Shown: positions 1-9,036, counted from the first letter of the stretch. The stretch: 17,077 nt of DNA from Chthonomonadales bacterium (GCA_037443035.1 JBBIPC010000037.1:1-17077); one strand, 5' to 3'. Translations and numbers: made by a program. The notes: generated by a model from the sequence alone, not told the origin.

Positions 1-171
1 GCGAGAAGCGGCGGTCTCATCTCTTGCGCCGCAAGAGGCGGTGGCTACATCTCTTGCGCCGCGAGAAGCGGCGGCTGCATGCTGCGCGTCCTCGATCGCG
101 AGGAGAACGTCGTGATGCGTTACGGCCGGAGGCCGTGTAGCCGCAGGTTCTTCCTGCGCTACGTTACGCAA

Positions 172-223
172 CCGGTCGTTGAGTGCCCCGGTGCGAAGCA
201 TCGGGGCGTATCGAAACGACCGG
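172..223 (+). repeat. Hairpin repeat element, copy A (outer stem / GAGT..GTATCGA internal loop / inner stem)
   Basis: CCGGTCGTT (172-180) pairs with AACGACCGG (215-223); inner stem GCCCCGGTGC-GAA-GCATCGGGGC (one G-T pair). Related copies at 262-321 (-) and 17028-17077 (+). Confidence 0.8.
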
Positions 224-261
224 CACCCCATACCCGCAACTCGACCCGGGCATCAGGGCTG

Positions 262-321
262 TGAGCGGTGGTTTCGATACGTCCCGACAACGGCATGCCG
301 GGACTACTCAACCACCGCTCA
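262..321 (-). repeat. Hairpin repeat element, copy B (inverted relative to copy A)
   Basis: Minus strand reads TGAGCGGTGGTT-GAGTA-GTCCCGGCA..TGTCGGGAC-GTATCGA-AACCACCGCTCA: perfect 12-bp outer stem and the same internal-loop sequences as copy C. Confidence 0.8.
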
Positions 322-566
322 TGGCGCCGCGAGAAGCGGCGGTCTCATCTCTTGCGCCGCAAGAGGCGGTGGCTACATCTCTTGCGCCGCGAGAAGCGGC
401 GGTCTCATCTCTTGCGCCGCAAGGATCGGCGGATACATCTCTTGGGCCGCGAGGAGCGGTGGATACACGCTGCGCGTCCTTGATCGCGAGGAGAACGTCG
501 TCATGCCTTACGGCCGAAGGCCGTGTAGCCGCAGGTTCTTCGTGCGCCGAGACTGGCGAGCGGGGC

Positions 567-3308
567 CTAGAGGTCTATCCGCGCTTTGACCATGTCGGCG
601 CCGATTGCGCGCGAGAGCTGGAAGCCCACCTTCTCGCAGACATGCTGCATGACGTAGTTCTCGGGCAGGATGTCGGCAAGGATGCGCGCGATCTTCTCGT
701 CACGTGCGATTCGGATGAGTCGTGACAACAGCTCCGTCCCGAGACCGAGGCCGTGCCAGCGGTCGTTGACTAGTATCGAAAACTCCGAATCCTGGGTGCC
801 GTGAATACGGCTCAGACGCGCCACGCCGAGGATGCTCTTCTCGCCGGTGTTGGGGTCGCTGTACTCGGCCACAAGGGCGATCTCCCGATCGTAGTCGTTG
901 AAACAGATACGGATCATCCGTTCGTGGGCGGTTCTCTGGCTGAACTTCATGGCGTGGAAGAACCGGAGGTAGACGCTTTGTTCGGAGAGTGTCTTGTGGA
1001 AGTCCACGATGAGCGGCTCGTCGTCCGGCCGGATGGGACGGATCAGGACATCGGTCCCGTCCCGCATGGTCCATCGGCCCACGTACTGCGATGGGTAAGG
1101 ACGGATCGCAAGCTTGGGCAATTCCTCCTCTTTCACGCCCGGCTCGAACAGTACGACCCGAGCGTCCAGGGCAACGATCCCGTCCGGCGAAGCCAAGAGG
1201 GGGTTGATATCCACTTCTTTGATCCAGCGCTGCTCCACTACAAGGTAGCTGAACCGCACCATGAGCTGCTCGAGAGCGGCGATGTCTACCGGCTTCCTTC
1301 CCCGGACTCCCTTGAGGGCTGTGTAGATCCGCGTCTGTTCCATGGCGCGCTTGGCCAGGGTTGTCGTCAAGGGCGGCAGGCTCAACGCTCTATCCTTGAA
1401 CACCTCGACGAGTTGGCCGCCACTGCCAAAGAGGATCACGGGTCCGAACTGCGGGTCAATGGTGCTGCCCAGAATGATTTCGTAGCCTTCGAGGCGGAGC
1501 ATGGGCTGGACGGTGACCCCCAGGAAGTGCCCTTGTCCCGCCTTCTCCTCCACGGAACTCTGGATACTCTCGAACGCACGGCGCACAGCGTCGGCGTCTC
1601 GCAGATTGAGCTGGACGCCCCCGACGTCGGTCTTGTGCGTGATCGTCTCTGAGTGGAGCTTCAGGACCACGGGATAGCCTATACGGTCGGCTGCGGCCAC
1701 CGCCTCCTCGACTGTCGCGGCAAGCTCTGTGCGGACGGTGCTGATGCCGTAGATCTCCAGGAGCTTCTTGGACTCGTACTCCGTGAGGATAGTCCGTCCT
1801 GCCGACCGTGCTCTCTCGACCAACTCTGCGCCTGCGCGTACGAGTTCTGGATCGTCGATGCCGTGGGCGCTGGACGGCGTTTCGTAAATGCCGTTGAGGT
1901 TGTAGCTGTACTGCCACATGTAGTTGAAGGCCCGGGCGGCGCTGTCGGGATAGGGGAATGTCGGAATGCCAGCGTGGTTGAGGATGCTCTCGCCTGCCAT
2001 GACGTCGGCACCACCCATCCAGCTTGCCAGCAGGGGCTTGCCCGAACCCTGGGCATGGGGCCGGAGGTGTTCCGCTGTCTGCGTCGGATCGGTCATGGCC
2101 TGAGGCGTGAGGACGACGAGTAGCCCATCGCTGTTCGCGTCTTTGGCGGCGATCTCGACTGCCTTGGCGTATCGCTCGGGGCTTGCATCGCCAAGTATGT
2201 CAATGGGGTTGCCATGGCTCCATTGAGGCGGCAGGATTTCGTCGAGCGCTTGGATAGTCTCGTCGGTAAGAACGGTAAGCTCGCCTCCAGAGGTGATGAG
2301 TGTATCCGTGGCCAGCACGCCGGGGCCGCCTGCGTTGGTGAGGATGGTGAGGCGGGGCCCCTTGGGCCGCGGCTGTCGGGCCAGAATCTCGGCCATGTAG
2401 AAGAGGTCAGAAATCCGATCCACGCGGAGAACGCCCGACCGTCGGAATGCTGCGTCGAGGACCTCGTCGGAACCAGTCATAGACCCTGTATGGGATGCAG
2501 CGGCCTTGGCAGCTTGTTCGGTTCGCCCTGCCTTGATGATGATGATGGGCTTCGACAGAGCCACCTCGCGGGCCGCCGAGAGGAACGAACGGGCGTTGCC
2601 GATGGATTCCATGTAGATGACGATGCTGCGCGTCTGTGGATCATCGCCAAGGTAGTCAATGAGGTCGCCCCAGCCCACATCGGCCATGGAGCCTATGGAG
2701 ATGAAGGCGCTGAAGCCGACCAGCTCCTTGAGGCTCCAGTCCAGTACGGCAGTACACAGAGCGCCGCTCTGACTGATGAACCCCACGGTGCCGGGACGGG
2801 CCATGGCGGCCGCGAAGGTGGCGTTCAGACCCGTCGGAGGACACATGAGCCCCAGGCAGTTGGGGCCGATGATGCGCATACCAGCCTGGCGGGCGTTCTC
2901 CAGCACCTGCCGCTCCAGCTCGACGCCCTCTGGACCAGCTTCTTTGAAGCCTGCGGAGATGACGATGGCGGAACGAATGCCAGCCTGGCCGCACTCGGCG
3001 ACGATGCCCGGAACGGTTCGTGCGGGCGTGGCGATGACTGCCAGGTCCACTTCCTCCGGCACGCTGGCGATATTCGGGTATGCCTTGATGCCAAGGACGC
3101 TGGGTCGGCGCGGGTTGACGGGGAAAACCATGCCGCCGAAGGGGCTGCTGACGAGGTTCCACAGGATCGTGCGGCCGACACTTCCAGGATCCTCGGATGC
3201 GCCGATGACTGCCACCGCCTTGGGTGCGAAGAACGACTGGAGGGGCCTCTCACGCTGGTGCAGAATGTCGTGGGCGGTTTCTATCTGCGGCTTGCCAGAG
3301 TATGTCAT
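567..3308 (-). CDS. Bifunctional acetate-CoA ligase (ADP-forming)-like / GNAT protein lysine acetyltransferase, Pat/PatZ-type architecture (913 aa)
   Basis: N-terminal CoA-binding domain ([24 protein letters not shown]), ligase motif AAASHTG, ATP-grasp-like region ([28 protein letters not shown]) and C-terminal GNAT ([19 protein letters not shown]). GAGG upstream of the ATG. Confidence 0.93.
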   Translation of the reverse strand: MTYSGKPQIETAHDILHQRERPLQSFFAPKAVAVIGASEDPGSVGRTILWNLVSSPFGGMVFPVNPRRPSVLGIKAYPNIASVPEEVDLAVIATPARTVPGIVAECGQAGIRSAIVISAGFKEAGPEGVELERQVLENARQAGMRIIGPNCLGLMCPPTGLNATFAAAMARPGTVGFISQSGALCTAVLDWSLKELVGFSAFISIGSMADVGWGDLIDYLGDDPQTRSIVIYMESIGNARSFLSAAREVALSKPIIIIKAGRTEQAAKAAASHTGSMTGSDEVLDAAFRRSGVLRVDRISDLFYMAEILARQPRPKGPRLTILTNAGGPGVLATDTLITSGGELTVLTDETIQALDEILPPQWSHGNPIDILGDASPERYAKAVEIAAKDANSDGLLVVLTPQAMTDPTQTAEHLRPHAQGSGKPLLASWMGGADVMAGESILNHAGIPTFPYPDSAARAFNYMWQYSYNLNGIYETPSSAHGIDDPELVRAGAELVERARSAGRTILTEYESKKLLEIYGISTVRTELAATVEEAVAAADRIGYPVVLKLHSETITHKTDVGGVQLNLRDADAVRRAFESIQSSVEEKAGQGHFLGVTVQPMLRLEGYEIILGSTIDPQFGPVILFGSGGQLVEVFKDRALSLPPLTTTLAKRAMEQTRIYTALKGVRGRKPVDIAALEQLMVRFSYLVVEQRWIKEVDINPLLASPDGIVALDARVVLFEPGVKEEELPKLAIRPYPSQYVGRWTMRDGTDVLIRPIRPDDEPLIVDFHKTLSEQSVYLRFFHAMKFSQRTAHERMIRICFNDYDREIALVAEYSDPNTGEKSILGVARLSRIHGTQDSEFSILVNDRWHGLGLGTELLSRLIRIARDEKIARILADILPENYVMQHVCEKVGFQLSRAIGADMVKARIDL

Positions 3309-3362
3309 GGGAGTTTTTCCTCAGGGGTGCGCTCGGACTACAGAGAGCGGTCTTGCATGCGA

Positions 3363-3380
3363 TTGTGAATGTAGTCACAT
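3363..3380. promoter_or_regulatory. Palindromic operator TGTGA-N6-TCACA (Rex- or CRP-family box)
   Basis: TTGTGAATGTAGTCACAT: TGTGA at 3364-3368, 6-nt spacer, TCACA at 3375-3379. It overlaps the minus-strand -10 box and the expected start site of the pat-like gene. Confidence 0.65.
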
Positions 3381-3384
3381 TATA
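3379..3384 (-). promoter_or_regulatory. Sigma70-type -10 element (TATAAT) for the pat-like gene
   Basis: ATTATA on + reads TATAAT on -, about 70 nt upstream of the ATG at 3308, in an otherwise GC-rich region. No clear -35. Confidence 0.6.
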
Positions 3385-3442
3385 CCCGGGAGTACGCCAC
3401 CCTAGCTCGGCGAAGCCGATGCCCGGCAGACGCCGGCGGGGG

Positions 3443-3448
3443 TAGACT
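3443..3448 (+). promoter_or_regulatory. Possible -10 element (TAGACT) for the isomerase/glycoside hydrolase pair
   Basis: TANNNT hexamer about 30 nt upstream of the GTG at 3480; -35 not evident. Confidence 0.35.
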
Positions 3449-3479
3449 TCTCGCAAACTCGAAGGATCAGGAGACTGGA

Positions 3480-4277
3480 GTGAAACTCGGAGCCAACTCA
3501 GTGCTGTTCGGCGGTTACGACATGGAGACCGCCTTCAAGTACCTCGCCATGTCCGGATATGACGGCATCGAGCTATCCGCCATCGAAGGCATGAGCGAGC
3601 ATCTTGTGCTGAGCCGATGGCGGGAGGTCGCGCCGACCATCAAGAGGCTGAGCAAGGACTATGGCTTGGAGCTGCTCGCCATGGAGCAGCCGTCGCAGGA
3701 TCCTGTGGTGATGGAAACGGCTTTCCAAGCTGCTGTGGAAATCGGCATACCAATTGTCAACTGCGGTCCAGGTGGAAAGTCGGACGACGAGGAGTCACTG
3801 CAGCGGTCCATCGATTCCCTAGGACGGCTTGCCGACATGGCGGAGAAGTACGGCATCACTCTATGCGTCAAAGCGCACGTTGGCGCTGCCATCTACAACA
3901 CCCCCACGACTCTGCGCGCCATGGAGGCTATCTCGTCGCCAGCCTTCGGCATTGACATGGATCCATCCCACATCTACCGAGCTGGTGAGAACCCTGTGGA
4001 GGCCATCCAGGCGGTCATCTCTCGTGTGAAGCATGTGCACATACGGGACTGCAAGGGACGGCAGCAGAGCCCCGGCAAGCCCGAGATGCAGGCCAACGGG
4101 CGGGGAGACATTGACTTGGTGGGCTACATCCGAGTACTCCACGAGAACGGCTATGCCGGTCCTCTGGATCTCGAGATCATCGGCGCCAAGGAATACCCGC
4201 TGGAGCAGTGCATTGTCATCGCTGCCGAGTCCCGCGGCCACATGCAGGCATGCCTGCAGGCTTGCGGTGCGAGATAG
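3480..4277 (+). CDS. Sugar phosphate isomerase/epimerase (xylose isomerase-like/AP endonuclease 2 TIM barrel, IolE-like; 265 aa)
   Basis: GYDGIEL start, D-x-x-H (DPSH), HVHIRD, G-x-G-D-I-D, GYAGPLDLE. GTG start with AGGAGA RBS at 3469-3474. Confidence 0.88.
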   Translation: MKLGANSVLFGGYDMETAFKYLAMSGYDGIELSAIEGMSEHLVLSRWREVAPTIKRLSKDYGLELLAMEQPSQDPVVMETAFQAAVEIGIPIVNCGPGGKSDDEESLQRSIDSLGRLADMAEKYGITLCVKAHVGAAIYNTPTTLRAMEAISSPAFGIDMDPSHIYRAGENPVEAIQAVISRVKHVHIRDCKGRQQSPGKPEMQANGRGDIDLVGYIRVLHENGYAGPLDLEIIGAKEYPLEQCIVIAAESRGHMQACLQACGAR

Positions 4278-4304
4278 GACCACGGTCGAGGGAAGCGCAC
4301 GTCC

Positions 4305-7300
4305 ATGATGAGCCGGCTGATTCTACTGGCGCTCGCAGCCATGGCTGCGCCGGCAGTGCACGCGCAGGGGTGGAGCCATGCCTTCCGGGACTTCCCGGCA
4401 GAGGCCGTGGAGGGAAAGGTCGTGCGGCTGAAGGTCGCCTACACCGCACCGGAACCGGTGAAGCTCCATGTGGAGCTAAAGGACACCTCAAACGTGGTGC
4501 ACGTCGGAGCGGTCCAAGAAGTGACCGGAACGGGCGTAGCCCAGTTCGCCATGATGGTGCCCGTGGGGAAGTTCGGCGGGCAGATGCTGGCGGCGGTCTG
4601 GATGGGTGAGGACTGGCGCGACCCGAAGGCGGCCATCGTCCACGCTGGGCCGATACCTGTCTACACGGTGGAAGAGGGGCGCAGGCTGCAGGAGGCTACC
4701 AAGCGCGGAGCAGCGCTACGGAAGCGTCTGGGGCTGGACGCACGACGACCTGTCGTAGCAGTTCTGTCCGGGGGGTGGGCTGGACGGAGCGCCAACCTTG
4801 CGGAGCAATACCGCGGAGCGCTCGCGGCCGCAGGGATGCGATGCATCACGCTCGGTCCCGACGAAGTAGCGACACCGGGTGTGCTGGATGCCGGCGCGAT
4901 CCGTCTCCTCGTCGTACCGCAAGGTCAGGTGTTTCCGGGGGAGGCGGTCGTCTTGCTGGACCGCTTCCTGAAACGGCGTGGCCATCTGATAATCCTGGGC
5001 GCACCAGCGTTCGATCGGTTGGTGCGCCAGGTGCAGGGGCCACGTGGCACGGAGTGGCTGGACGACAGACAACTTGCCGACCGCCTGCGTAGACTGCCGA
5101 AGACCCGGACACTGCTGCAAATGGAAGCCTTGCAGAAGACGTCGTGGCAGCGTTCATCCAACGACCTCGCAGCGCCGACGAGTTGGTCCATGGAACGGGA
5201 GAGCGGTATTGGGCCCGTACTGCGCCACGACATTCGTGGCCTGTCGGGTTGGGATACCCTCGAGGCGCAACTGGACCAGCCTGCAGCCGAGGGAGAGAAC
5301 GTCATCCTGTTCCGAGCGCGTGGTCAAGGGCCTACCAGTGCACTCGCTGTGGAACTGCGCGAACGGGACGGCTCCCGCTGGATCGCTGTCGTACCGTTGA
5401 CGGACCGATGGCAGACGTATGCCTTAACGCCCTCGGAGTTCAAGCTCTGGGACCCCGACCGAACCTCCGGACGCGGTGCCCATGGCGATCATGTGAACCT
5501 GCAAGCGATCTCCGCGGTTTCAGTGGGGCTCGCTTTCACTCACACAAGCGTGCCTGGCGGCGACCATACCTACTGGTTCGCCGACCTGGGTTCGGCGAGG
5601 GGGCCGGAAGTGCGCAGCTTCGCGGTACCCGTACTCGACACGATCTCGCCCGAATACAAGCTCTATCCGGTCCGTGGCGCCAAGCGCGTAGACGACTCGC
5701 TTGGCAGAGCGCTGGTCGGCGCACAGGCTCCGGCACTCCCCCGTAACGTTTTGTCCACACATCCCAGGCCAACAGGCACCGGCTTCGACAAGCAGAGAAA
5801 GTACAGGTGGATACCTCTGCTCCAGGTAACGGGCGAGCCGGGAGTCATGGGCACCATCGCCACCCTCGTGCACCATCTCCAAGGCCCGTACGCAGGAGGC
5901 AGATGGGCTTCGTTCACTGTTCCCGATACCGATTGGTACGCTAGGCCCGATGTGGTGCGCTATGTGGTGGCCGTGGCCAAGCGGATGCTGAACCCTGTGC
6001 TTCTCGCCGAGGCAGGTGCGCAGTATTACGGGTATTTCCCTGACGAGAGGCCCGTGCTGGGCGCTCGGGCCACCCATGCGAGCATGGCCGGACTCACGGT
6101 TCGTTTCGTGGTCGAGGACCTCCAGTACGGCAGCTCGCCTCGCACGCCGAAGGTTCTATTCCAGCGGTCAGCGAAGCTCCAGCGGCAAGGCGAGGAGGTC
6201 GTCGCCCGCGTGACATGGACGCCGAAACGATTGTGGGCCAGTCGGTATCGGGTGACGGCAACGCTCCTGGAGAACGGCAAGGCTGTAGACGTCTTGGAGC
6301 ACGAGATCACCGTGCGGCACCCTCTTGGTGCGCCAGGCGCCGCCGGACGCCCCAAGTGGCGCGTAACCGTCGAGGATGGCCAGTTCTCGGCGGACGGCAA
6401 GCCGTGGTATCCGCATGGGGTGAACTACATGCCCTCTTCGGGCATTGCCGCAGAAGACGGTCACTACTTCGAGCAATGGCTCTCCTCGGAATCCTATGAC
6501 CCCGTAGTAATCGAGAGGGACCTACGCAGAGTCCGGCACATCGGCTTCAACATGGTCAGCGCGTTCATCTACACCGAGAGCACCCACAATCACAACCTGG
6601 TGGATTTCCTGAACCGTTGCGATGCCCATGGTCTGCGAGTCAACCTCTCGCTCCGTCCGGGGACTCCGCTGGATTTCCAGTGGCCCGGCATCGGCGAGAT
6701 CATCAAGGTGAACCGGCTTGCCGATGATACGACGGTGTTCGCTTACGATCTGGCTTGGGAGCCAGCGTGGGGCTACCGGGATCAAAGACGCCAATGGGAT
6801 GCTGAGTGGCGAGAATGGATTCGGCAGCGATATGGCTCCATCGAGAATGCGGAGAAGGACTGGGGTGAGCGTGCGCCGCGGGAGAACGGGGAAGTCGTAG
6901 GGCCGTCGGATGCAGATGTGACGGCGTCCAGCACCATTCCGCACGTGGTCGCTGCGTACAGGCGCTTCCAGGACGACTTTCTGAGCCGTAAGCACATGGA
7001 GGCGCGGCAGAAGATCCGCACCCTCGACAAGTTCCACCTCCTCTCCTTCCGCATGTCCATCGCCGGCGATCCTACCTGCGGCCCGGCCATCATGCCTTAC
7101 GACTTCATGGGTCTGGCGCGGAGCATGGACTTCATGGCTCCGGAGGGCTACGGTCGCATCGGCGACAAGGAGCGTGTCAAGCCAGGCTGGTTCACCGTTG
7201 CCTACGCGAGATATGCAGCGCCGAGCAAGCCCGTGCTATGGGCCGAGTTCGGCTACTCCATGTGGAACAAAGGTGCGCCACCTGCGACACCGAAGGGGCT

Positions 7301-8138
7301 GAGCTTCGCCGACGCTTTCGACCGGCGGCATTACCTGCCTGGTACCATCGCCTTCACGGAGCAGTTCTACCGTGACTTCTACGAAATGGCACTCGCGAGT
7401 GAGTCGGCGGGCACGGTCTGCTGGTGGTATCCAGGCGGTTTCCGAGTCGGTGAGAACAGCGACTTCGGCATCATCAATCCCGACGGAACCTGGCGGGGGC
7501 TTACCCACATCATCGCCGAGTACGCGCACAAGTTCGCGAACCGGCCGAAGCCGCGTTACGCTGATGCAACCATCCTGATAGACAGGGACAAGCACCCAGA
7601 CGGCATCTACGGCATCTACAACGAAGTGAAGGACGAGTTCTGGAGGCTCGTGAGCGAGGGCCACTTCCCTGCGCTCGTGGATGAGGCCGAGGGCACCCTG
7701 TCCCGAACGTGTCCGACAACGGCCGTGGGCAACGTGCCGTACAACGGCTCGAACCCGCCAAAGTACCTCGACGCCGAGTTCGAGTATGTGCGATTGCGGA
7801 ATATCGCAGGCGCGTGGATCGAAGTGCCGTATGGTGGGGGCGAGGTCCGGCTGAACAAGAAGGAATCGGTCATCATCGAGGTCCTGCCAGGCAACAACGG
7901 TCGCGTCGGCTGGACTTCCGTTGGCTACCCGGACTGCGTAGGGCTGCGACTGTCGCTAGGCCTCGCCAAGAGCTTCATCCCATTGCCGAGTATGGCCGTG
8001 CCACCCATGGGTACCGCCCGTCCTGTCAGCGCGTCACTTGGCGATCTTCAAGGAATCGATGAGATAGTGCTACAAATGGAAGCCAACGGCCGCTGCCGGT
8101 TCGGGGAAGTGCGGAGGATCCGGATCCTACCGGAATAG
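4305..8138 (+). CDS. Large secreted multidomain glycoside hydrolase, clan GH-A-like (GH5/GH42-like barrel) with CBM-like and GATase-like modules (1277 aa)
   Basis: Signal peptide (MMSRLILLALAAMAAPAVHA/Q). Barrel motifs GQFSADGKPWYPHGVNY, IERDLRRVRHIGFNMV, AYDLAWEP (putative acid/base E819), PVLWAEFG (putative nucleophile E981) and WWYPGG..DFGI. CBM-like segment FRARG..AVELRERDGSRW..WQTYAL. Substrate cannot be determined. Confidence 0.75.
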   Translation: MMSRLILLALAAMAAPAVHAQGWSHAFRDFPAEAVEGKVVRLKVAYTAPEPVKLHVELKDTSNVVHVGAVQEVTGTGVAQFAMMVPVGKFGGQMLAAVWMGEDWRDPKAAIVHAGPIPVYTVEEGRRLQEATKRGAALRKRLGLDARRPVVAVLSGGWAGRSANLAEQYRGALAAAGMRCITLGPDEVATPGVLDAGAIRLLVVPQGQVFPGEAVVLLDRFLKRRGHLIILGAPAFDRLVRQVQGPRGTEWLDDRQLADRLRRLPKTRTLLQMEALQKTSWQRSSNDLAAPTSWSMERESGIGPVLRHDIRGLSGWDTLEAQLDQPAAEGENVILFRARGQGPTSALAVELRERDGSRWIAVVPLTDRWQTYALTPSEFKLWDPDRTSGRGAHGDHVNLQAISAVSVGLAFTHTSVPGGDHTYWFADLGSARGPEVRSFAVPVLDTISPEYKLYPVRGAKRVDDSLGRALVGAQAPALPRNVLSTHPRPTGTGFDKQRKYRWIPLLQVTGEPGVMGTIATLVHHLQGPYAGGRWASFTVPDTDWYARPDVVRYVVAVAKRMLNPVLLAEAGAQYYGYFPDERPVLGARATHASMAGLTVRFVVEDLQYGSSPRTPKVLFQRSAKLQRQGEEVVARVTWTPKRLWASRYRVTATLLENGKAVDVLEHEITVRHPLGAPGAAGRPKWRVTVEDGQFSADGKPWYPHGVNYMPSSGIAAEDGHYFEQWLSSESYDPVVIERDLRRVRHIGFNMVSAFIYTESTHNHNLVDFLNRCDAHGLRVNLSLRPGTPLDFQWPGIGEIIKVNRLADDTTVFAYDLAWEPAWGYRDQRRQWDAEWREWIRQRYGSIENAEKDWGERAPRENGEVVGPSDADVTASSTIPHVVAAYRRFQDDFLSRKHMEARQKIRTLDKFHLLSFRMSIAGDPTCGPAIMPYDFMGLARSMDFMAPEGYGRIGDKERVKPGWFTVAYARYAAPSKPVLWAEFGYSMWNKGAPPATPKGLSFADAFDRRHYLPGTIAFTEQFYRDFYEMALASESAGTVCWWYPGGFRVGENSDFGIINPDGTWRGLTHIIAEYAHKFANRPKPRYADATILIDRDKHPDGIYGIYNEVKDEFWRLVSEGHFPALVDEAEGTLSRTCPTTAVGNVPYNGSNPPKYLDAEFEYVRLRNIAGAWIEVPYGGGEVRLNKKESVIIEVLPGNNGRVGWTSVGYPDCVGLRLSLGLAKSFIPLPSMAVPPMGTARPVSASLGDLQGIDEIVLQMEANGRCRFGEVRRIRILPE

Positions 8139-8157
8139 CGCCCGGATCGGTGGAACG

Positions 8158-9036
8158 TTAAGCGGTGTAAGGCTCCAGTGCTGCAACACGGACAATGAGG
8201 ACGGTGACGTTGTCGTGGCCGCCTCTGGCGCAGGCCAGTTCCACAAGTTGGCGACAGGCTTCCGAAGGGGCCTGATCGCGGGCCACTTGGAGCAGTTCGG
8301 AGTCGGCAACGTGGCCCGTTAGCCCATCGCTGCAAAGAAGCCATGTGTCCAAGGGCAGCGTCTCCGCAGCGTACAGGTCGGGTTCGATCTCCGGCTGAGT
8401 GCCGATGCACCGGGTGATGATATTCCGATAGGGCGACCGCTCCGCCTCTTCCTGCGACATGGCGCCGCTACGGACCTGCTCGGCGACCCAGGAATGGTCG
8501 TCGGTGATCTGCAGTATCGTCTCGCCGCGGATGAGGTACGCCCGGCTGTCGCCGATATGTGCGACGATGGCCTTATCCTCGACGAGTGCTAGAGCGGTCA
8601 GGGTGGTGCCCATGCCCGATCTACCCGGAATGGTCGCGGCCACCTGGAAGACGTGGTCATTGGCAGAGCGGAGCGCGGCGAGCAGTGCATCCCCAGGATC
8701 TTCGCTGTCGGAGGAGTAGTAGGCTGCAAGCGCCTTCTTGATGGCCAGCTCGGAAGCGATCTGACCGGCAGCGTGCCCTCCCATTCCGTCGGCCACCATG
8801 TAGAGACTGCCGCGAACGGCCAGGGTGGGCGGATCGTCGGGCTCGTAGAACTCCGCCTTGTCCTCGTTGTTTTCCCTCACGCATCCGAGATCGGTCTTCA
8901 TGCCGATGCGGGTGATTGGCACAACCCGTGGGGAGCGGCCCTCGGCGCGCCTCCAGCCTCTGACGAGCTCCTGCCGATCGAAGCGGGCCGTGATTTCGTC
9001 CTGTTGCGTCGCGTCCCGCCATTCGACCTCACTCAT
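8158..9036 (-). CDS. PP2C/PPM-type Ser/Thr protein phosphatase (Stp1/PrpC-like; 292 aa)
   Basis: TDLGCVRENNED, VADGMGGHAAGQIAS, GMGTT, AHIGDSRAY, DHS, RNIITR, LLCSDGL, GGHDNVT. About 40-aa N-terminal extension; start overlaps the upstream stop (ATGAGTGA). Confidence 0.95.
   Translation of the reverse strand: MSEVEWRDATQQDEITARFDRQELVRGWRRAEGRSPRVVPITRIGMKTDLGCVRENNEDKAEFYEPDDPPTLAVRGSLYMVADGMGGHAAGQIASELAIKKALAAYYSSDSEDPGDALLAALRSANDHVFQVAATIPGRSGMGTTLTALALVEDKAIVAHIGDSRAYLIRGETILQITDDHSWVAEQVRSGAMSQEEAERSPYRNIITRCIGTQPEIEPDLYAAETLPLDTWLLCSDGLTGHVADSELLQVARDQAPSEACRQLVELACARGGHDNVTVLIVRVAALEPYTA

Larger units (their letters stand above)
1..547. repeat. Mosaic of REP-like repeats: tandem 30-bp units plus a duplicated ~80-bp block (BIME-like), truncated by the window edge
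   Basis: 30-bp units (GCGAGAAGCGGCGGTCTCATCTCTTGCGCC / GCAAGAGGCGGTGGCTACATCTCTTGCGCC) start at 1, 31, 61 (partial), 329, 359, 389, 419 and 449 (partial). Block 81-159 recurs with a few substitutions at 469-547. The units carry a CGCCGC-N5-GCGGCG-type hairpin. Confidence 0.9.

Noticed and set aside
1..468. CRISPR array interpretation of the 30-bp repeats
   Set aside because: The units are directly adjacent with no unique spacers, and there are no cas genes in the window.
79..725. ORFs 79-264, 179-589, 183-725 and 268-483
   Set aside because: They run through palindromic DNA repeats whose 30-bp period keeps several frames open; there is no clear RBS or domain, and two overlap the pat-like gene.
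801..3405. Long plus-strand ORFs (801-1652, 2214-3368, 2776-3405)
   Set aside because: Antisense shadows of a high-GC gene with no recognisable motifs.
8115..8128. Perfect 14-bp palindrome AGGATCCGGATCCT near the convergent gene junction
   Set aside because: It lies within the coding sequence (RIRIL), has no loop or U-tract and occurs once; not supportable as a terminator or operator.
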